DNA of 52,198 bases, taken from positions 1 to 52,198 of IMG/VR virus record IMGVR_UViG_3300032087_006329; one strand, given 5' to 3'. The notes under the pieces are model-generated. The model was not told the DNA's origin. It ran no database searches and saw only the letters and a program-made list of their open reading frames with translations. Origin of the DNA: a virus (Duplodnaviria; Caudoviricetes). Both the position numbers and the translations under genes were made by a program. Positions 1 through 11,100 of this stretch are shown piece by piece (positions within the stretch are counted from its first letter, which is position 1; every line of letters begins with the position of its first letter).

Positions 1-1098
1 CATTCCAGGCAGCTATACAAGTGGCTTGAGAAAAAAGAAGGTGTGAACATTCATTCTAATATTGTTCCATGGGGAAGAACGTCCTGGCTCCTCAACGAAC
101 AGTGGGATTCCGGAGTCATCGGTAGAATTATGCAATCTTCGGCCGGCAACGGTCCAAGACCAGATGTTTCCTTCCAGCTCCAGCTTCCGAACGAGTGGGA
201 TCCTAACTTGGCACCGATTAACATCGGGATTACGGCAGCAGTTGAAACCGATGTTTGCAATCCACAGTGGGTTGAATGTTGTAATCGAATGACAGCAGTG
301 GTCGTTCCATCCCAACACACTGCAAATGTTCTGAACTCATCTGGAAAGATCACCGTTCCGCTACACGTTGTTGGTGAGTCTTTTATCGATGAGTGCGTAA
401 CAGCAGAGCCTTCGAAACTCAATTTGGATACAAAGTTCAACTTCCTTGTTCTCGGTCAACTAACTGACCACAATCCTTATCACGATAGGAAGAATGTCAT
501 GTTCACACTTCGCTGGCTTTGTGAAGCATTTGCTGACGACCCGGATGTTGGAATCATCATCAAAACAAACAGCGGAAAGGGAACTAAGATCGACCGGCGC
601 GTTACAAGAAACGTGCTTCAAAATGTTCTGAAAGAGATTCGACCCGGATTGTTCCCGCGAGTCCATTTCCTGCATGGTCACATGGACCCAGATGAAATTG
701 CCGGACTCTACAAGGAAGAATCGGTCAAAGCGCTCGTTTCGGCAACAAGGGGAGAAGGATTTGGTCTTCCGTTACTCGAGGCTGCGGCATGTGATCTACC
801 GGTGATTGCAACAAACTGGTCTGGTCATCTTGATTTTCTTAACCTGCAAAATTGGCTTAAGGTCGACTACAAATTGCAACAAATTCCAGATCAGCGATGT
901 GATCAGAACATCTTTGTGAAAGGTGCTCGCTGGGCTGAACCAGACGAGGAAAGCTTTAAGTCAATTGTTCAAAAGTTCAGAAAGAAGCCTGAAAAGCCAC
1001 AGCAATGGGCAACAGAACTTGGGAAAAATGTGAGAGACAAGTTCTCGCAAGAAAGTATTTGCAAGCAGTACGATGCAGCAATTGGGAGTTTCTTATGA
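1..1098 (+). CDS. Glycosyltransferase, GT-B/GT4 family (5'-truncated)
   Basis: The frame is open from base 1 (HSRQLYKWLE...), so the true start is probably upstream of the window. It has the GT4 C-terminal motif RGEGFGLPLLEAAACDLPVIATNWSGHLDF (E-x7-E). Confidence 0.9.
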   Translation, partial: HSRQLYKWLEKKEGVNIHSNIVPWGRTSWLLNEQWDSGVIGRIMQSSAGNGPRPDVSFQLQLPNEWDPNLAPINIGITAAVETDVCNPQWVECCNRMTAVVVPSQHTANVLNSSGKITVPLHVVGESFIDECVTAEPSKLNLDTKFNFLVLGQLTDHNPYHDRKNVMFTLRWLCEAFADDPDVGIIIKTNSGKGTKIDRRVTRNVLQNVLKEIRPGLFPRVHFLHGHMDPDEIAGLYKEESVKALVSATRGEGFGLPLLEAAACDLPVIATNWSGHLDFLNLQNWLKVDYKLQQIPDQRCDQNIFVKGARWAEPDEESFKSIVQKFRKKPEKPQQWATELGKNVRDKFSQESICKQYDAAIGSFL

Positions 1099-1397
1099 TG
1101 CACGAGTACTGGATGATTCCGACCATTGCTTTGCTGTCGATTATCAGCGTCTTCACTACTTACTACTGCATTTATTTTGCGAGAAAGCTCCTGTTTGTTA
1201 CCGAGCAGATAGAGAGTTCACTAGATATACTTGACGAAAGATATGCATCGATCGATCGAATTTTGCAAATACCTCTGTTTCATGACAGCCGTGAGGTTCG
1301 ACAGGTGCTAAAGGATATTAAGGCCAGCAGAGACGCCATATTAGAGGTTGCGGCAGCAGTCGGCCGCGTGGAGGAAGCAGTTGACGAAGAAGGTTAA
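1095..1397 (+). CDS. Small membrane protein (one N-terminal TM helix plus a helical tail)
   Basis: ATGA overlap with the GT stop. Hydrophobic stretch WMIPTIALLSIISVFTTYYCIYF. Confidence 0.7.
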   Translation: MMHEYWMIPTIALLSIISVFTTYYCIYFARKLLFVTEQIESSLDILDERYASIDRILQIPLFHDSREVRQVLKDIKASRDAILEVAAAVGRVEEAVDEEG

Positions 1398-2112
1398 GAA
1401 GAAGATTCGCCGCCGCAGGTCTGGCAAAAGAAACATGTATTTCACGATGGATACTCAGGCAGCAATTGTCGAGTACCAGAATAGCGAATGCCAGAAAGAG
1501 CGTGAGGAGCTTTACAACAAGCAAATCAAGTATGCTTTCGAAAAGTTAGTAGAGAACTTGATTTTCGTATACGGTTTTCACAACCCATACGAGAACACGA
1601 AGCACATGCAGTCTGATTGCGTTTCTTTCCTGTTCGAAACAATTCACAAGTGGAAGAAAGAAAAGGGCACGAAAGCGTTCTCATACTTCAACGTTGTGGC
1701 AAAAAACTGGTTGATCATGAATTCCAAGAAGAGACAGAAGCGAATTACTCGTCACGTCTCTTTCGAGAATCGCGACCTCCTAAGCGCGAGAGACAAGAAA
1801 GCAATCACATATCACCAGGTGATTCCCTCTGCAGACAAGGCACTCGATAAGATTGAATCAAGACAGCAGATTATCGACGCGATGAAAGCAATCAAAGATC
1901 AAACGTCTGTTGAGAATGAATTGTCTTGCATCAATGCAATTATCACAATGTTTGAAAACGTGGAGACTCTAGACTTTCTTAACAAGAGAGCTGTCTTTGT
2001 TTACGTCAGAGAGATCAGTGGCCTGGATAGAAAGCAGCTTTCAAAAGCTCTCGGTGCCATTCGAATTAAGTACGGCGCGATTAGAGATAGTCAAGAGTTC
2101 GACATGTTTTAG
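1381..2112 (+). CDS. Phage late sigma factor, T4 gp55-like
   Basis: YF...AIVEY...FEKLVENLIFVYGF...MQSDCVSFLFETIHKW...KAFSYFNVVAKNWLI parallels the sigma region-2 pattern of gp55-type proteins. TTG start at 1381 is preceded by GGAGG. Confidence 0.65.
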   Translation: MTKKVKKKIRRRRSGKRNMYFTMDTQAAIVEYQNSECQKEREELYNKQIKYAFEKLVENLIFVYGFHNPYENTKHMQSDCVSFLFETIHKWKKEKGTKAFSYFNVVAKNWLIMNSKKRQKRITRHVSFENRDLLSARDKKAITYHQVIPSADKALDKIESRQQIIDAMKAIKDQTSVENELSCINAIITMFENVETLDFLNKRAVFVYVREISGLDRKQLSKALGAIRIKYGAIRDSQEFDMF

Positions 2113-2120
2113 GAGAGTGT

Positions 2121-2489
2121 ATGCCAAAAACAAGAACCAATGCAGTTGAAAAATTAGAGAAGCTAGGAAAGAAAGTCAAATCATTCTCAGAACTTCTAGA
2201 CGGAATTGACACTCTCGAAGACAAGAAGAAGCTTCTGTGGAAAGAGATTTATGAAAATGCAATTTCCGATAGGGAAGCAGCTAGCACTCTATACACCGAG
2301 TTGTACTTAAACTTGAATGGCGGAACTCAGGACCACGTTGCTGCAGGTTCGATCATGACAAAATATCTTGAGAGAATGTGCAAGTCAAACGAGCAGATTT
2401 TGAAGCTAGCAGAACTGATTGCAAGAGAAGAGACCAAGGCATCTAAAATTGATGCTGAAGACATGTTTACAGCTATCAACGGGGGATAG
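2121..2489 (+). CDS. Helical phage protein of unknown function (possible terminase small subunit)
   Basis: AGGAG RBS; 122 aa, apparently helical (KEIYENA...KYLERMCKSNEQILKLAELI). The function is inference only. Confidence 0.55.
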   Translation: MPKTRTNAVEKLEKLGKKVKSFSELLDGIDTLEDKKKLLWKEIYENAISDREAASTLYTELYLNLNGGTQDHVAAGSIMTKYLERMCKSNEQILKLAELIAREETKASKIDAEDMFTAINGG

Positions 2490-4028
2490 GTGGGTCGCGC
2501 ACAAGACATCGGTAGCTCACAATCAAAAGCAACCACGAACAACGGCAGGCGGCCGCCCTCCGGCTCAGCACCATTTTTGCGTGCTGTCGTCATTGACCTC
2601 ATTTCAGATCCTGCGTATCTCACAGACGAAGAACTATCGGATCTATTCGGTGAGATTTCAAATCCTGGAATCCTGTCAGGAAACGCAAGCGTTCCAGCAT
2701 ACGACCCTAACGTCGACGACGTTTCGAAACTAAGGGTTTTGATCCCCAGAAACACACTAAAGATTCAGATCGTAACAGACGGAGCCGGAAAGGGAACGCT
2801 GAGTCCTTCACTCTGTTTTCCGTTTTTCTCCCCGCACGTTCAGCTTCCAGTTAAGCCCGGCGAACAGGTTTGGATCTACAACGATAACCCGGGTAGCCCA
2901 TACCTCTACTGGATGTCTAGAATTGCAGGCCCAGGTTTTGTCGATGATATTAACTACACGCACCTCGATCGGCAAATACTTCCCGGTGCAGAGGGCATCG
3001 AACCGACATTCCCGAACGGAGACGGAACACAGGCAAACCGAACAATCGGAATTGATGACACTTACGAAACAATCGTTGGTGAATCGGCATCCGGTCTATC
3101 GTTCACTCCTGAGACAGTTCCGAGATTTACGAGACGCCCCGGTGATCTCGCATTGCAGGGATCCAACAATACGCTGATCCTCATGGGCGACGACCGAGGT
3201 TGGGGAGCTGATGAATCACCGGGTGACAGTGCAACGTCAAATGCATCAAAAACTGACTCAGAGAGACAGAGAGTGCTTGCAGGAAGCATCGATGTTGTCG
3301 CTGGCAGAGGGCGTTTCCTTGCAGATCCGGGCTCGGATCCCTCGAATACTTCACCGAAGTCAGTTGAAAATGCTAGAGACGAAACCGAGTCAGACAAGTT
3401 CTTCGTGAATCCAACAGAGGGGGATCCTGACTTTGTCCGGGATTCCAGCCGAGTATACGTTTCCATGAACACTGACGGTGATGCAAAGCTCGGATTTAGC
3501 GAAGGCGATACCTTGCCAACTCCATTTGAAGGCGAGTATCCTCAAGTTGAGTCTGAGCCTTTCGTTATCATGAAGTCAGACAATGTGCGAATCGTTGCAA
3601 GAAAAGATGATGACAATGGAATCAACGGAAGCATCAGAATTGTGAAGGAAGGCTCTGTTGATGAAGACCTTGCGACGATCATGATTACGCCTGAAGGCAA
3701 CATCCAAATTAGTGGCGCCAAGATTTTCATTGGTCGTGCCGGCAATGACGGAGGTTCAGGTGCAGTTGACGGAGCAGAACCCTACATGCGCTTCAGCGAT
3801 TTTGAAGCTTACATGAATGAGACTCTGGATAAAATCGCTGGCGACATCGAGAGTTTGGCGACTACCGTTGCAGGTGTCAACACTGGAAACGCAACACCAG
3901 GTTACGGTGGTCCGAATCCATCGCTGGTTAACGTTGCACTTGAGGCTAGCACCTACCAAGCTTCAGGAACAAAGGGTCAGAAAGACCAGATGGATGACAT
4001 CAAGTCAGAAAGAATTTTTGGAGAGTAA
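2490..4028 (+). CDS. Baseplate hub/central spike protein (gp5/VgrG-like N-terminal OB fold, no lysozyme domain evident)
   Basis: FPFFSPHVQLPVKPGEQVW...YW motif, GDLALQGSNNTLILMG, beta-rich C-terminal half, located just upstream of gp25/gp6. Confidence 0.65.
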   Translation: MGRAQDIGSSQSKATTNNGRRPPSGSAPFLRAVVIDLISDPAYLTDEELSDLFGEISNPGILSGNASVPAYDPNVDDVSKLRVLIPRNTLKIQIVTDGAGKGTLSPSLCFPFFSPHVQLPVKPGEQVWIYNDNPGSPYLYWMSRIAGPGFVDDINYTHLDRQILPGAEGIEPTFPNGDGTQANRTIGIDDTYETIVGESASGLSFTPETVPRFTRRPGDLALQGSNNTLILMGDDRGWGADESPGDSATSNASKTDSERQRVLAGSIDVVAGRGRFLADPGSDPSNTSPKSVENARDETESDKFFVNPTEGDPDFVRDSSRVYVSMNTDGDAKLGFSEGDTLPTPFEGEYPQVESEPFVIMKSDNVRIVARKDDDNGINGSIRIVKEGSVDEDLATIMITPEGNIQISGAKIFIGRAGNDGGSGAVDGAEPYMRFSDFEAYMNETLDKIAGDIESLATTVAGVNTGNATPGYGGPNPSLVNVALEASTYQASGTKGQKDQMDDIKSERIFGE

Positions 4029-4232
4029 ATGCCAGTCAACGCAGGCGATACAACAGAAGAAACAGGAACCGGAACCCTAGCATTCCAGATAGCAGAAGCT
4101 TTCCTCAACAGCGTCCCAGAAGATCAACGGCCTGATGTGAAAGCTAAAGTCGACCTTTTGGCCCAATCGATTGCAGATGCCATAGCAGAAGCTGTGAATA
4201 ATGCAGATGCAGACGACGTGCTAACAGGTTGA
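4029..4232 (+). CDS. Small acidic protein, probably spike/baseplate associated
   Basis: GGAG RBS; abuts the spike gene; 67 aa. Confidence 0.6.
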   Translation: MPVNAGDTTEETGTGTLAFQIAEAFLNSVPEDQRPDVKAKVDLLAQSIADAIAEAVNNADADDVLTG

Positions 4233-4253
4233 TCGGAGCACTCCACGATCTGC

Positions 4254-4261
4254 ATATTTAT
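4254..4261 (+). promoter_or_regulatory. Putative late promoter ATATTTAT
   Basis: Intergenic, upstream of the GAGGT RBS of the gp25-like gene. The motif recurs before other structural genes. Confidence 0.55.
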
Positions 4262-4275
4262 GGATGAGGTGAGAT

Positions 4276-4761
4276 GTGCCTTCCGGTAACAGAAAAGTTT
4301 ACAGCTTCAAATCCGTCGGTCAGACGAGCCAGGAAGCGGCAGAACAGAGGGCGGTAACAACTCGAAGACCGCCCATTGGAATCAAGACACCAATCCAGTT
4401 TTCAACAGGCGACGGTCTTTTTGATATGCACACCGTTGCTCTTGACAATATTCGAGACAACCTAAAGAATCTACTACTGACCAATCATGGGGAAAGGGTG
4501 GGGCTTTACGATTTTGGAGCAAATCTTTCTCCGCTTCTTTTCAACTTAGGAACTGAAGATTTTGATGCCGAAGCGATCAGAAGAATTTCAGCGGCACTCA
4601 GAAAGTACATGCCGTTTGTCGAACCTCAGACATTTGAACCCTTTACTCTTGGCGCATCGGAACAAGATCTATCAATGACAGGAATACGGATTACTTATTC
4701 CATCCCTAAGCTGAACGTTCTTGACCAAAAGATTGAAGTCATCTTACATGCGGGTGGATAG
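4276..4761 (+). CDS. gp25: Baseplate wedge / sheath initiator, gp25-like
   Basis: IRDNLKNLLLTNHGERVGLYDFGANL...LF...I...LRKYMPFV is the GPW/gp25 family pattern. Confidence 0.9.
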   Translation: MPSGNRKVYSFKSVGQTSQEAAEQRAVTTRRPPIGIKTPIQFSTGDGLFDMHTVALDNIRDNLKNLLLTNHGERVGLYDFGANLSPLLFNLGTEDFDAEAIRRISAALRKYMPFVEPQTFEPFTLGASEQDLSMTGIRITYSIPKLNVLDQKIEVILHAGG

Positions 4762-6596
4762 TGGCACAGAAATTTAGAAACGAAATCCAAAGAAACTACC
4801 TGGCCCGTGATTTTGACGGGTTCAGGGCACAGCTCGTTGAGTACGCAAGGATCTTTTTTCCTGACAAGATTCAGGACTTCTCTGAGGCTTCTCTAGGCGG
4901 CCTTCTGATCGACCTCTCTGCTTTCGTTGGCGATACCATGTCTTTTTATATGGATCACCAGTTCAACGAACTGAACTACGAAACAGCAACCGAGTTGGTG
5001 AACATCGAAAACCACTTGAGAAATGCTGGCGTCAAGATTCGAGGAAAATCGCCAGCATCGACCAACGTCAATTTTACGATCACGGTCGATGGACTTACGC
5101 AGTCAACGGGCCTTGTCGTTCCAGATACATCGCAGCTGCCAAAGGTTCTGACCGGTACCGAGTTCACGGGCGGCGGCGCAACTTTCACAACGCTTCAGGA
5201 TATCGATTTTGCAAAGACAGACTTTCTTGGTCAACTTCTCGGAAATGTTGAAGTTGCAACGGTAAATGCCGACGGCTCTCCAGCAACATTCAACATTACG
5301 AGGTCGATTCCTGTTGCTGCCGGTAGTTTGATCACAGAAAATATCTCAATTTCCAACACATTTGTACCATTCAGAACGGTCACGCTGGCAAATGCGGACG
5401 TTTCATCGATCACCGGTGTTTTTGATTCTAGTGGAAATGATTACTACGAAGTTGATGACCTGAGCCAAGATAACGTCTTCAGAGCGGTTTCCACCGATAA
5501 ACCACTTGACGGATCTTTCGCATCTTCAAACCTCGAGGTAATTCCAGCACCGTACAGGTTTACGACAGAAACAAGCTTGACAACGAGACTAACCACGTTG
5601 AGGTTTGGGTCAGGCGATGGCAAGTCGGTCCAAGACGACGTCCTTTCAGATCCCTCTGAGTTGGCACTTCCTCTTGTGGGAACCACGACGTTCAAAAAGT
5701 TCTCTATCGATCCACAGAATCTTCTAGAATCCAACTCGTTAGGAGTTTCTCCGAGAGGCACGACTCTTACGGTCACGTATCTTTCTGGAGGCGGCCTCAA
5801 CACAAACGTTGCAGCCGGTACTATCACAACAGTATCATCGCTGCAAACAATTTTCCCATCTTCAGCTACCGGTGCTGCGGTAACAAGAATTCGTGCGAAC
5901 GCTACAGTTACCAACCCGAACCCTGCGTCAGGCGGTGATGATGCTCTGACCGTTGAGGAGCTAAGGGCAAAAATACCTTCCGCAGTTAACTCTCAGAACA
6001 GGATCGTAACAAGGGAAGATCTTCTCTCTCGAGTGTACACGCTGCCCGCTCAGTTCGGAAGAGTGTTCAGGGCCGGTGTATCACCTAGCGGCGAGAACAA
6101 ACTTTCCAGTGATTTGTTTATCATTTGTAAGGACAGCTCAGGCAAACTCGCACCTGCCAGCGATACGCTAAAGCTTAATCTTAGATCTTACCTTAACGAG
6201 TTCAGGCTGGTTAGCGAATCGATTGAAATCAAAGATGCAAAGATCATCAACTTTGGTGTCGACTTTACGATTCGCGTAAGACCAAATGCAAACAAGATCG
6301 TAACTCTCACAAACGTAATCAACAATCTCAAAGTGCTGTTGAGAACTCAGAATTTCCAAATCGGTGAACCGATCGTTGAGTCTGATATCATATTTTCAAT
6401 CTTGAATACTGCCGGCGTTCAAGCACTTCCTAGCCTTAGCTTTCGAAACTTCTTTGGAACCGTCAACGATGTTTCGTACTCGGGTGAAGTGTTTGATCTC
6501 AATGCAAACTTGCTAAACGGCTTAGTTGTTCCTCCTAGGGATTCAATATTCGAACTCAAGTTTCCTAATACAGACATCGTCGGGAGCGTCCTGTGA
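4761..6596 (+). CDS. gp6: Baseplate wedge subunit, gp6 / baseplate J-like
   Basis: YLARDFDGFRAQL...DFSEASLGGLLIDL.AFVGD.MSFY.D.QFNE, LRFGSG, NPNPASGGDD...EELR, QNRIVTRED. Confidence 0.9.
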   Translation: MAQKFRNEIQRNYLARDFDGFRAQLVEYARIFFPDKIQDFSEASLGGLLIDLSAFVGDTMSFYMDHQFNELNYETATELVNIENHLRNAGVKIRGKSPASTNVNFTITVDGLTQSTGLVVPDTSQLPKVLTGTEFTGGGATFTTLQDIDFAKTDFLGQLLGNVEVATVNADGSPATFNITRSIPVAAGSLITENISISNTFVPFRTVTLANADVSSITGVFDSSGNDYYEVDDLSQDNVFRAVSTDKPLDGSFASSNLEVIPAPYRFTTETSLTTRLTTLRFGSGDGKSVQDDVLSDPSELALPLVGTTTFKKFSIDPQNLLESNSLGVSPRGTTLTVTYLSGGGLNTNVAAGTITTVSSLQTIFPSSATGAAVTRIRANATVTNPNPASGGDDALTVEELRAKIPSAVNSQNRIVTREDLLSRVYTLPAQFGRVFRAGVSPSGENKLSSDLFIICKDSSGKLAPASDTLKLNLRSYLNEFRLVSESIEIKDAKIINFGVDFTIRVRPNANKIVTLTNVINNLKVLLRTQNFQIGEPIVESDIIFSILNTAGVQALPSLSFRNFFGTVNDVSYSGEVFDLNANLLNGLVVPPRDSIFELKFPNTDIVGSVL

Positions 6597-8152
6597 TACT
6601 AAATCTTACGGCTTCTGCTGACACGTACATCACCAATAAGATCATCAACAATCAGTTCTCGGCTTCCGATGCAAACGTCGGACGTGCTGGAACGATTGAC
6701 ATGTTTAAGCTGTATGACGAATCAACACTTACGGGATCTGCAAACGAGCCTTACTCAACTGATCGGGTTGAATTATCGAGAGCTCTAATCAAGTTTGATT
6801 ACTCGAAACTGAACTCTCTTACTCAATCCAAATTAGACTTCACAAACTCGAGTTTTAAGGCAGAGTTACTTCTATTCGATGTAATGGGAGGTCAAGCAGT
6901 TCCGACAGACTTTACACTTTCCGTTTATCCTCTTGCGCAACAATTCAACGAAGGTAACGGTCGCGACGTTGCAGCATTTAGAGACATCGATGCAGCAAAC
7001 TTTAATTCTGCAAGCTTTACCGGAGGCACAGCAACGCTTTGGGTCTCCGGAGGTGCCAACGCCGAAGGTATGCCAGGAGGCGGAGAGTCGTATGATTACT
7101 TTGCTAGCGGAAACATCGGTGGATCTGTAACCACAAACAACTTCGAGTCGAAGCAAGCATTCGCCGGCTCAGAGGACCTAAAGATTGACGTGACATCGCT
7201 GGTTTCTGCTTCACTAGCAGGGCAGTTCACGAATCACGGTTTTAGGCTTTCCTTTACCGGAAGCCAGGAGAACGATCAGAAAACTTACTTCGTTAAAAGG
7301 TTTGGTTCAAGGCAGGCCAGAAACCAGTTCCTCAGACCTCTTCTACGTATTAGTTTTGACGATAGTATAATCGACCATCACGAAAGTTTCTTTTTCGACC
7401 TCAGCGGCTCAATCTTTCTAAGCTCGTTCGAGAGAGGCCGGCCGGCAAGCATCAAGAGCGGTTCTGCACTAACGCCGATACTCGGATCCAACAGTTTGCT
7501 TGTCAACATTAAATCCGGTTCTTTCTCAAAGTTTGTGACTGCAAGCCAACATTCGATTGCTGGAAATTTAGGAGTGTTTGTTACCGGAGTCTATTCTGCA
7601 TCTTTTGCTTTGAGTAGTTTTGATACAACTAGCGTCAATGGTTCTGACACGGTTGCAGATTTTGTTCGAGATAGTGGCAGCATCACGTTTGATACGTTTT
7701 GGCAATCACTCGATACTACTGCAGGATACCACACGGGTTCGCTAAAAGTCACCAGGCCTCAAAGATTCGGGTTCGATCAGGCTCCTAAAGACATAAGAAC
7801 GCGTGTTGTTAATCTAATGCCTGAGTATGACACTAACGAAGTTGTGAAATTGAGGGTGTTCGTTCAGGATTTCAACTTCGAACCTTCATCTTCAAAATTT
7901 GCATTCCGTCAAAAATCAACAGTTGTTGAAAAAGCATATTACCGAGTTAAGGACGTTTTGACAGGAAAGGTCATTGTTCCGTTCATGGAATCCAATAATG
8001 GAACTAGACTTTCGTCAGATAGTGATGGACTGTACTTCGAATTTGATATGTCTGCACTTTTCCCGAATAGAGCATACACGTTTGAATTCAAGATTGTGGA
8101 TTCTGGCGAAACAGAAATTCTTGACAGTAGATCGGTCTTCAAGGTGGTTTGA
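6593..8152 (+). CDS. Virion/baseplate protein with a DNRLRE-like beta-sandwich and a C-terminal Ig-like region
   Basis: ASADTYI...SRALIKFD...DLKIDVT.LV...NHGF.L...P.L.ISFDD pattern; GTGA overlap with gp6. Confidence 0.6.
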   Translation: MILNLTASADTYITNKIINNQFSASDANVGRAGTIDMFKLYDESTLTGSANEPYSTDRVELSRALIKFDYSKLNSLTQSKLDFTNSSFKAELLLFDVMGGQAVPTDFTLSVYPLAQQFNEGNGRDVAAFRDIDAANFNSASFTGGTATLWVSGGANAEGMPGGGESYDYFASGNIGGSVTTNNFESKQAFAGSEDLKIDVTSLVSASLAGQFTNHGFRLSFTGSQENDQKTYFVKRFGSRQARNQFLRPLLRISFDDSIIDHHESFFFDLSGSIFLSSFERGRPASIKSGSALTPILGSNSLLVNIKSGSFSKFVTASQHSIAGNLGVFVTGVYSASFALSSFDTTSVNGSDTVADFVRDSGSITFDTFWQSLDTTAGYHTGSLKVTRPQRFGFDQAPKDIRTRVVNLMPEYDTNEVVKLRVFVQDFNFEPSSSKFAFRQKSTVVEKAYYRVKDVLTGKVIVPFMESNNGTRLSSDSDGLYFEFDMSALFPNRAYTFEFKIVDSGETEILDSRSVFKVV

Positions 8153-11100
8153 TGAGTCAAAGAGATTTTCGAGATCTGACTTCCTTATTCGAGCCATCAG
8201 TTTCTCGAGGTTCAACAACCAAAAAAGTAGAATCGGTTCAGAACGTTACGCTTGATTCCATAGGCGAAGGCTTTTCTTTTCCCACGGAGAGTTTTCGTTT
8301 AGATCCTCCTGGGTCTCCGTTAAAGAACACGCAACAGATTCCGCTAGATTACTCGAAGTTCGAGAATCACACTTTCTTTAACAGTGCTGAGTCCAATGTC
8401 AACGTTGCATTCTCTAGAATCATTAACAATTATCCGTTCGACGGAACTGCAAACGATGTTCAGAAGTTTCTGGACGGCCTAACAGGGTTTGAGAAGTACG
8501 TCTTTGATCAATTTCCTAAATACAAAAACTTTGCGAGATTCCTAGCCTCAGATTCAACGGTCATTACTGTTGATGATTTTGCCGGAACAAGCCTTCCAAC
8601 ACTGTCGCGAGACAAAACTGGAAAGAGTATTCTTGATCCGGGCACAAACAGCATTTCATTCGAGATGCAGTATTTCTCCCCATCAGAAACAACAAGCCCG
8701 TCAGTTCTATTGCAGAAGCTTAGCGGATCATCTGGGTTTTCAATTGTAGCTTCAGGATCTGCCGGATCTGCTGACGAGAGGCTTCAGGTCTATTTTTCTT
8801 CTGCCTCAATAGGACTTAGTGCTTCGTTCGATGTTCCAAAGGGGCAGTTTAATCACATTGTAGCTCAGTTCAACAGACTTCCAGGAAAGCAACAGCTGGA
8901 AATCTACGTTGACTCCTTGCTGTCCGCAACGTCTTCGGCAGCAAGTGAGTTTGGCAATATAGACTTTGCAGTCAGCCCTCTTACGATTGGAAGTGGTTCC
9001 GCTCACGCATCACCTGGATTTGTGACCTTTACGCCAACCGCAACTCTTTCTGGTGCGATTGACGAGCTTAGAATCTTTCACACAACAAGGTCCATTGACG
9101 ATCAGAAAACGTTCGCAACTCAAAACATTTTTCCGAGTAGTGATCTAAAGCTGTACTACAAGTTCAACGAGGTCACAGGAACGTACGGCGGAAACACGAT
9201 AGTTCTTGACGGAAGTGGAAACTCTCTCCATGGATCTTACGCAAGTTCGGCTGTGGCTGCTGCTTCTAGAGGAACGGCCGGCCAATTCCCTGGACTATCG
9301 AATCCCATGATCCTGGAAAGACTGCAAGACAACCCGGTGCTGTTTCCAGGCTTTGGAACCACTGTTTCCCTGAACTCTGATCTCCTTTCTTCAGCCAGCC
9401 AGTACGATGCTAACAATCCAAACATCATTACAAAGCTGGTCCCTCAACACTATCTTCTCGAGGCAGCTCAAGCCGAAGGATTTGCTAACGAAGACGCCAA
9501 CACCGGCGATGCTTTGATCGAGGCGCAGGGTGCTCCTGGTGGTGCTAAGTTACCATCATCTCAGATTATTGCAACGCTTCTCTTTATGTACGCCAAGTTC
9601 TTTGACGAACTCAAGATCTACATTGATCACATGTCGAAGCTAAACAACGTTGGTTACGACAGCGAAGACACGATAGCTGACACATTCCTTATCGACCGAG
9701 CAAAGCAACTTGGTTTCGATCTTCCTTCGCAGTTTACAGCGGCAAACTTCGCTCAGTTTCTCTTAGCCAAGAATATCGATGTCACATCAAAAATTTCTTC
9801 AACCAATCTTGTAGATGCTCAGAACAAACTTTGGCGTCGATTCTTGGTCTCGCTTCCTGAAATCATTCGATCAAAGGGAACAAGGTCTGCTGTTCGTGGC
9901 ATCTTCAATACCTTAGGAATTGAAGAAGGAAAGATCTTCAAGACGATTGAGTTTGGAGGAAGAAACGTTGATAAGATCGAGACTGCAAAGATTGAAAAGA
10001 CAGTTGACTTCAAGTTCATCGATTTCAGCGGGTCGTTTGCAGGAACAACGGCTGTCGATGGTTCCGGATTCCCAACCGATAAACCGTTAATTAAAGCATC
10101 GTTCCTCTCATCTTCGCGAATTGAACCAGGCGCTCCGCTGCCAGGTGGAACGCTGACAAGCGCTGGTACAGATTATGCTTCAGATGGCCTGTTTACGTCA
10201 GCTTCATTCTCTGTTGAGGGAATTTACAAGTTTGATACTCCGCTAACTGGAACACACTTCCTTTCTCAGTCTTTGTTCAGGATCGAATCGACGGGTTCGC
10301 TTGCTGGACTTACGACACCGGTCTATGCAAACGTCGTAGCCCTTAGACCAGACATAGAACTAGGCGCTACAGGAACCGTCATTGCATTTACAGCAGACAG
10401 TACAATCTCAAGGTCATCTGCGACGCTTGTTCTGACTGGTGTGAACATATTCGACGGAAATGCTCACCACGTTTCTTTCGGCCGGAAAAAGCTTTCTGGC
10501 TCTAATCCAAGCGCTACTGATGCAGAGAAAGCTGAGTACTTCATATCAGTTAGAGATGTTGGAACTTATGCGCCCAGAGTCTTTACTACCAAGCAATCTG
10601 CCATCGTTGTAGGAAATGCAACTGGCTATTCGCAGACTGGTAGTTTAAACACTTCGGGGTCGTTTGTAGTTGTTGGAAGCCAGAGTCTTGAAAGCACAGC
10701 ACTTAGTCAAACATTGATTTCCAATGATTACAACGGAACTTCTGCCAAAGCCACAGAATTCTCTGGAAAGCTGGCAGAGCTTAGATTCTGGTCAAAGGCA
10801 CTCAAAGAGGAAGAACTGGCCGCTCATGCACTAAATCCAGATTCATTAGGCGTCATCAATCCACATGTGAACTTTGATTTCGGAACCACTCTTTCTGGCT
10901 CATGGGAAAGACTGCGTTTAGCTGCTACTATGCAGCAACCAACAACAAACTCGGACTCCTCTGGAAACATCACGCTTTTTGACTACGCTCAGGGCGTCAC
11001 GACTGTGGCTGGAACAGGGTTTGAGGCCTCAAAGAGAGTAATCAAGAAAGACAGACAGAGAACGATTAGATTTAGTCCACATTTCGACGTTAACTCAACA

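Noticed and set aside
4231-4250. Imperfect hairpin GATCGGAG-CA-CTCCACGATC
   Set aside because: Short, bulged and lacking a U-tract; not enough to call a terminator.
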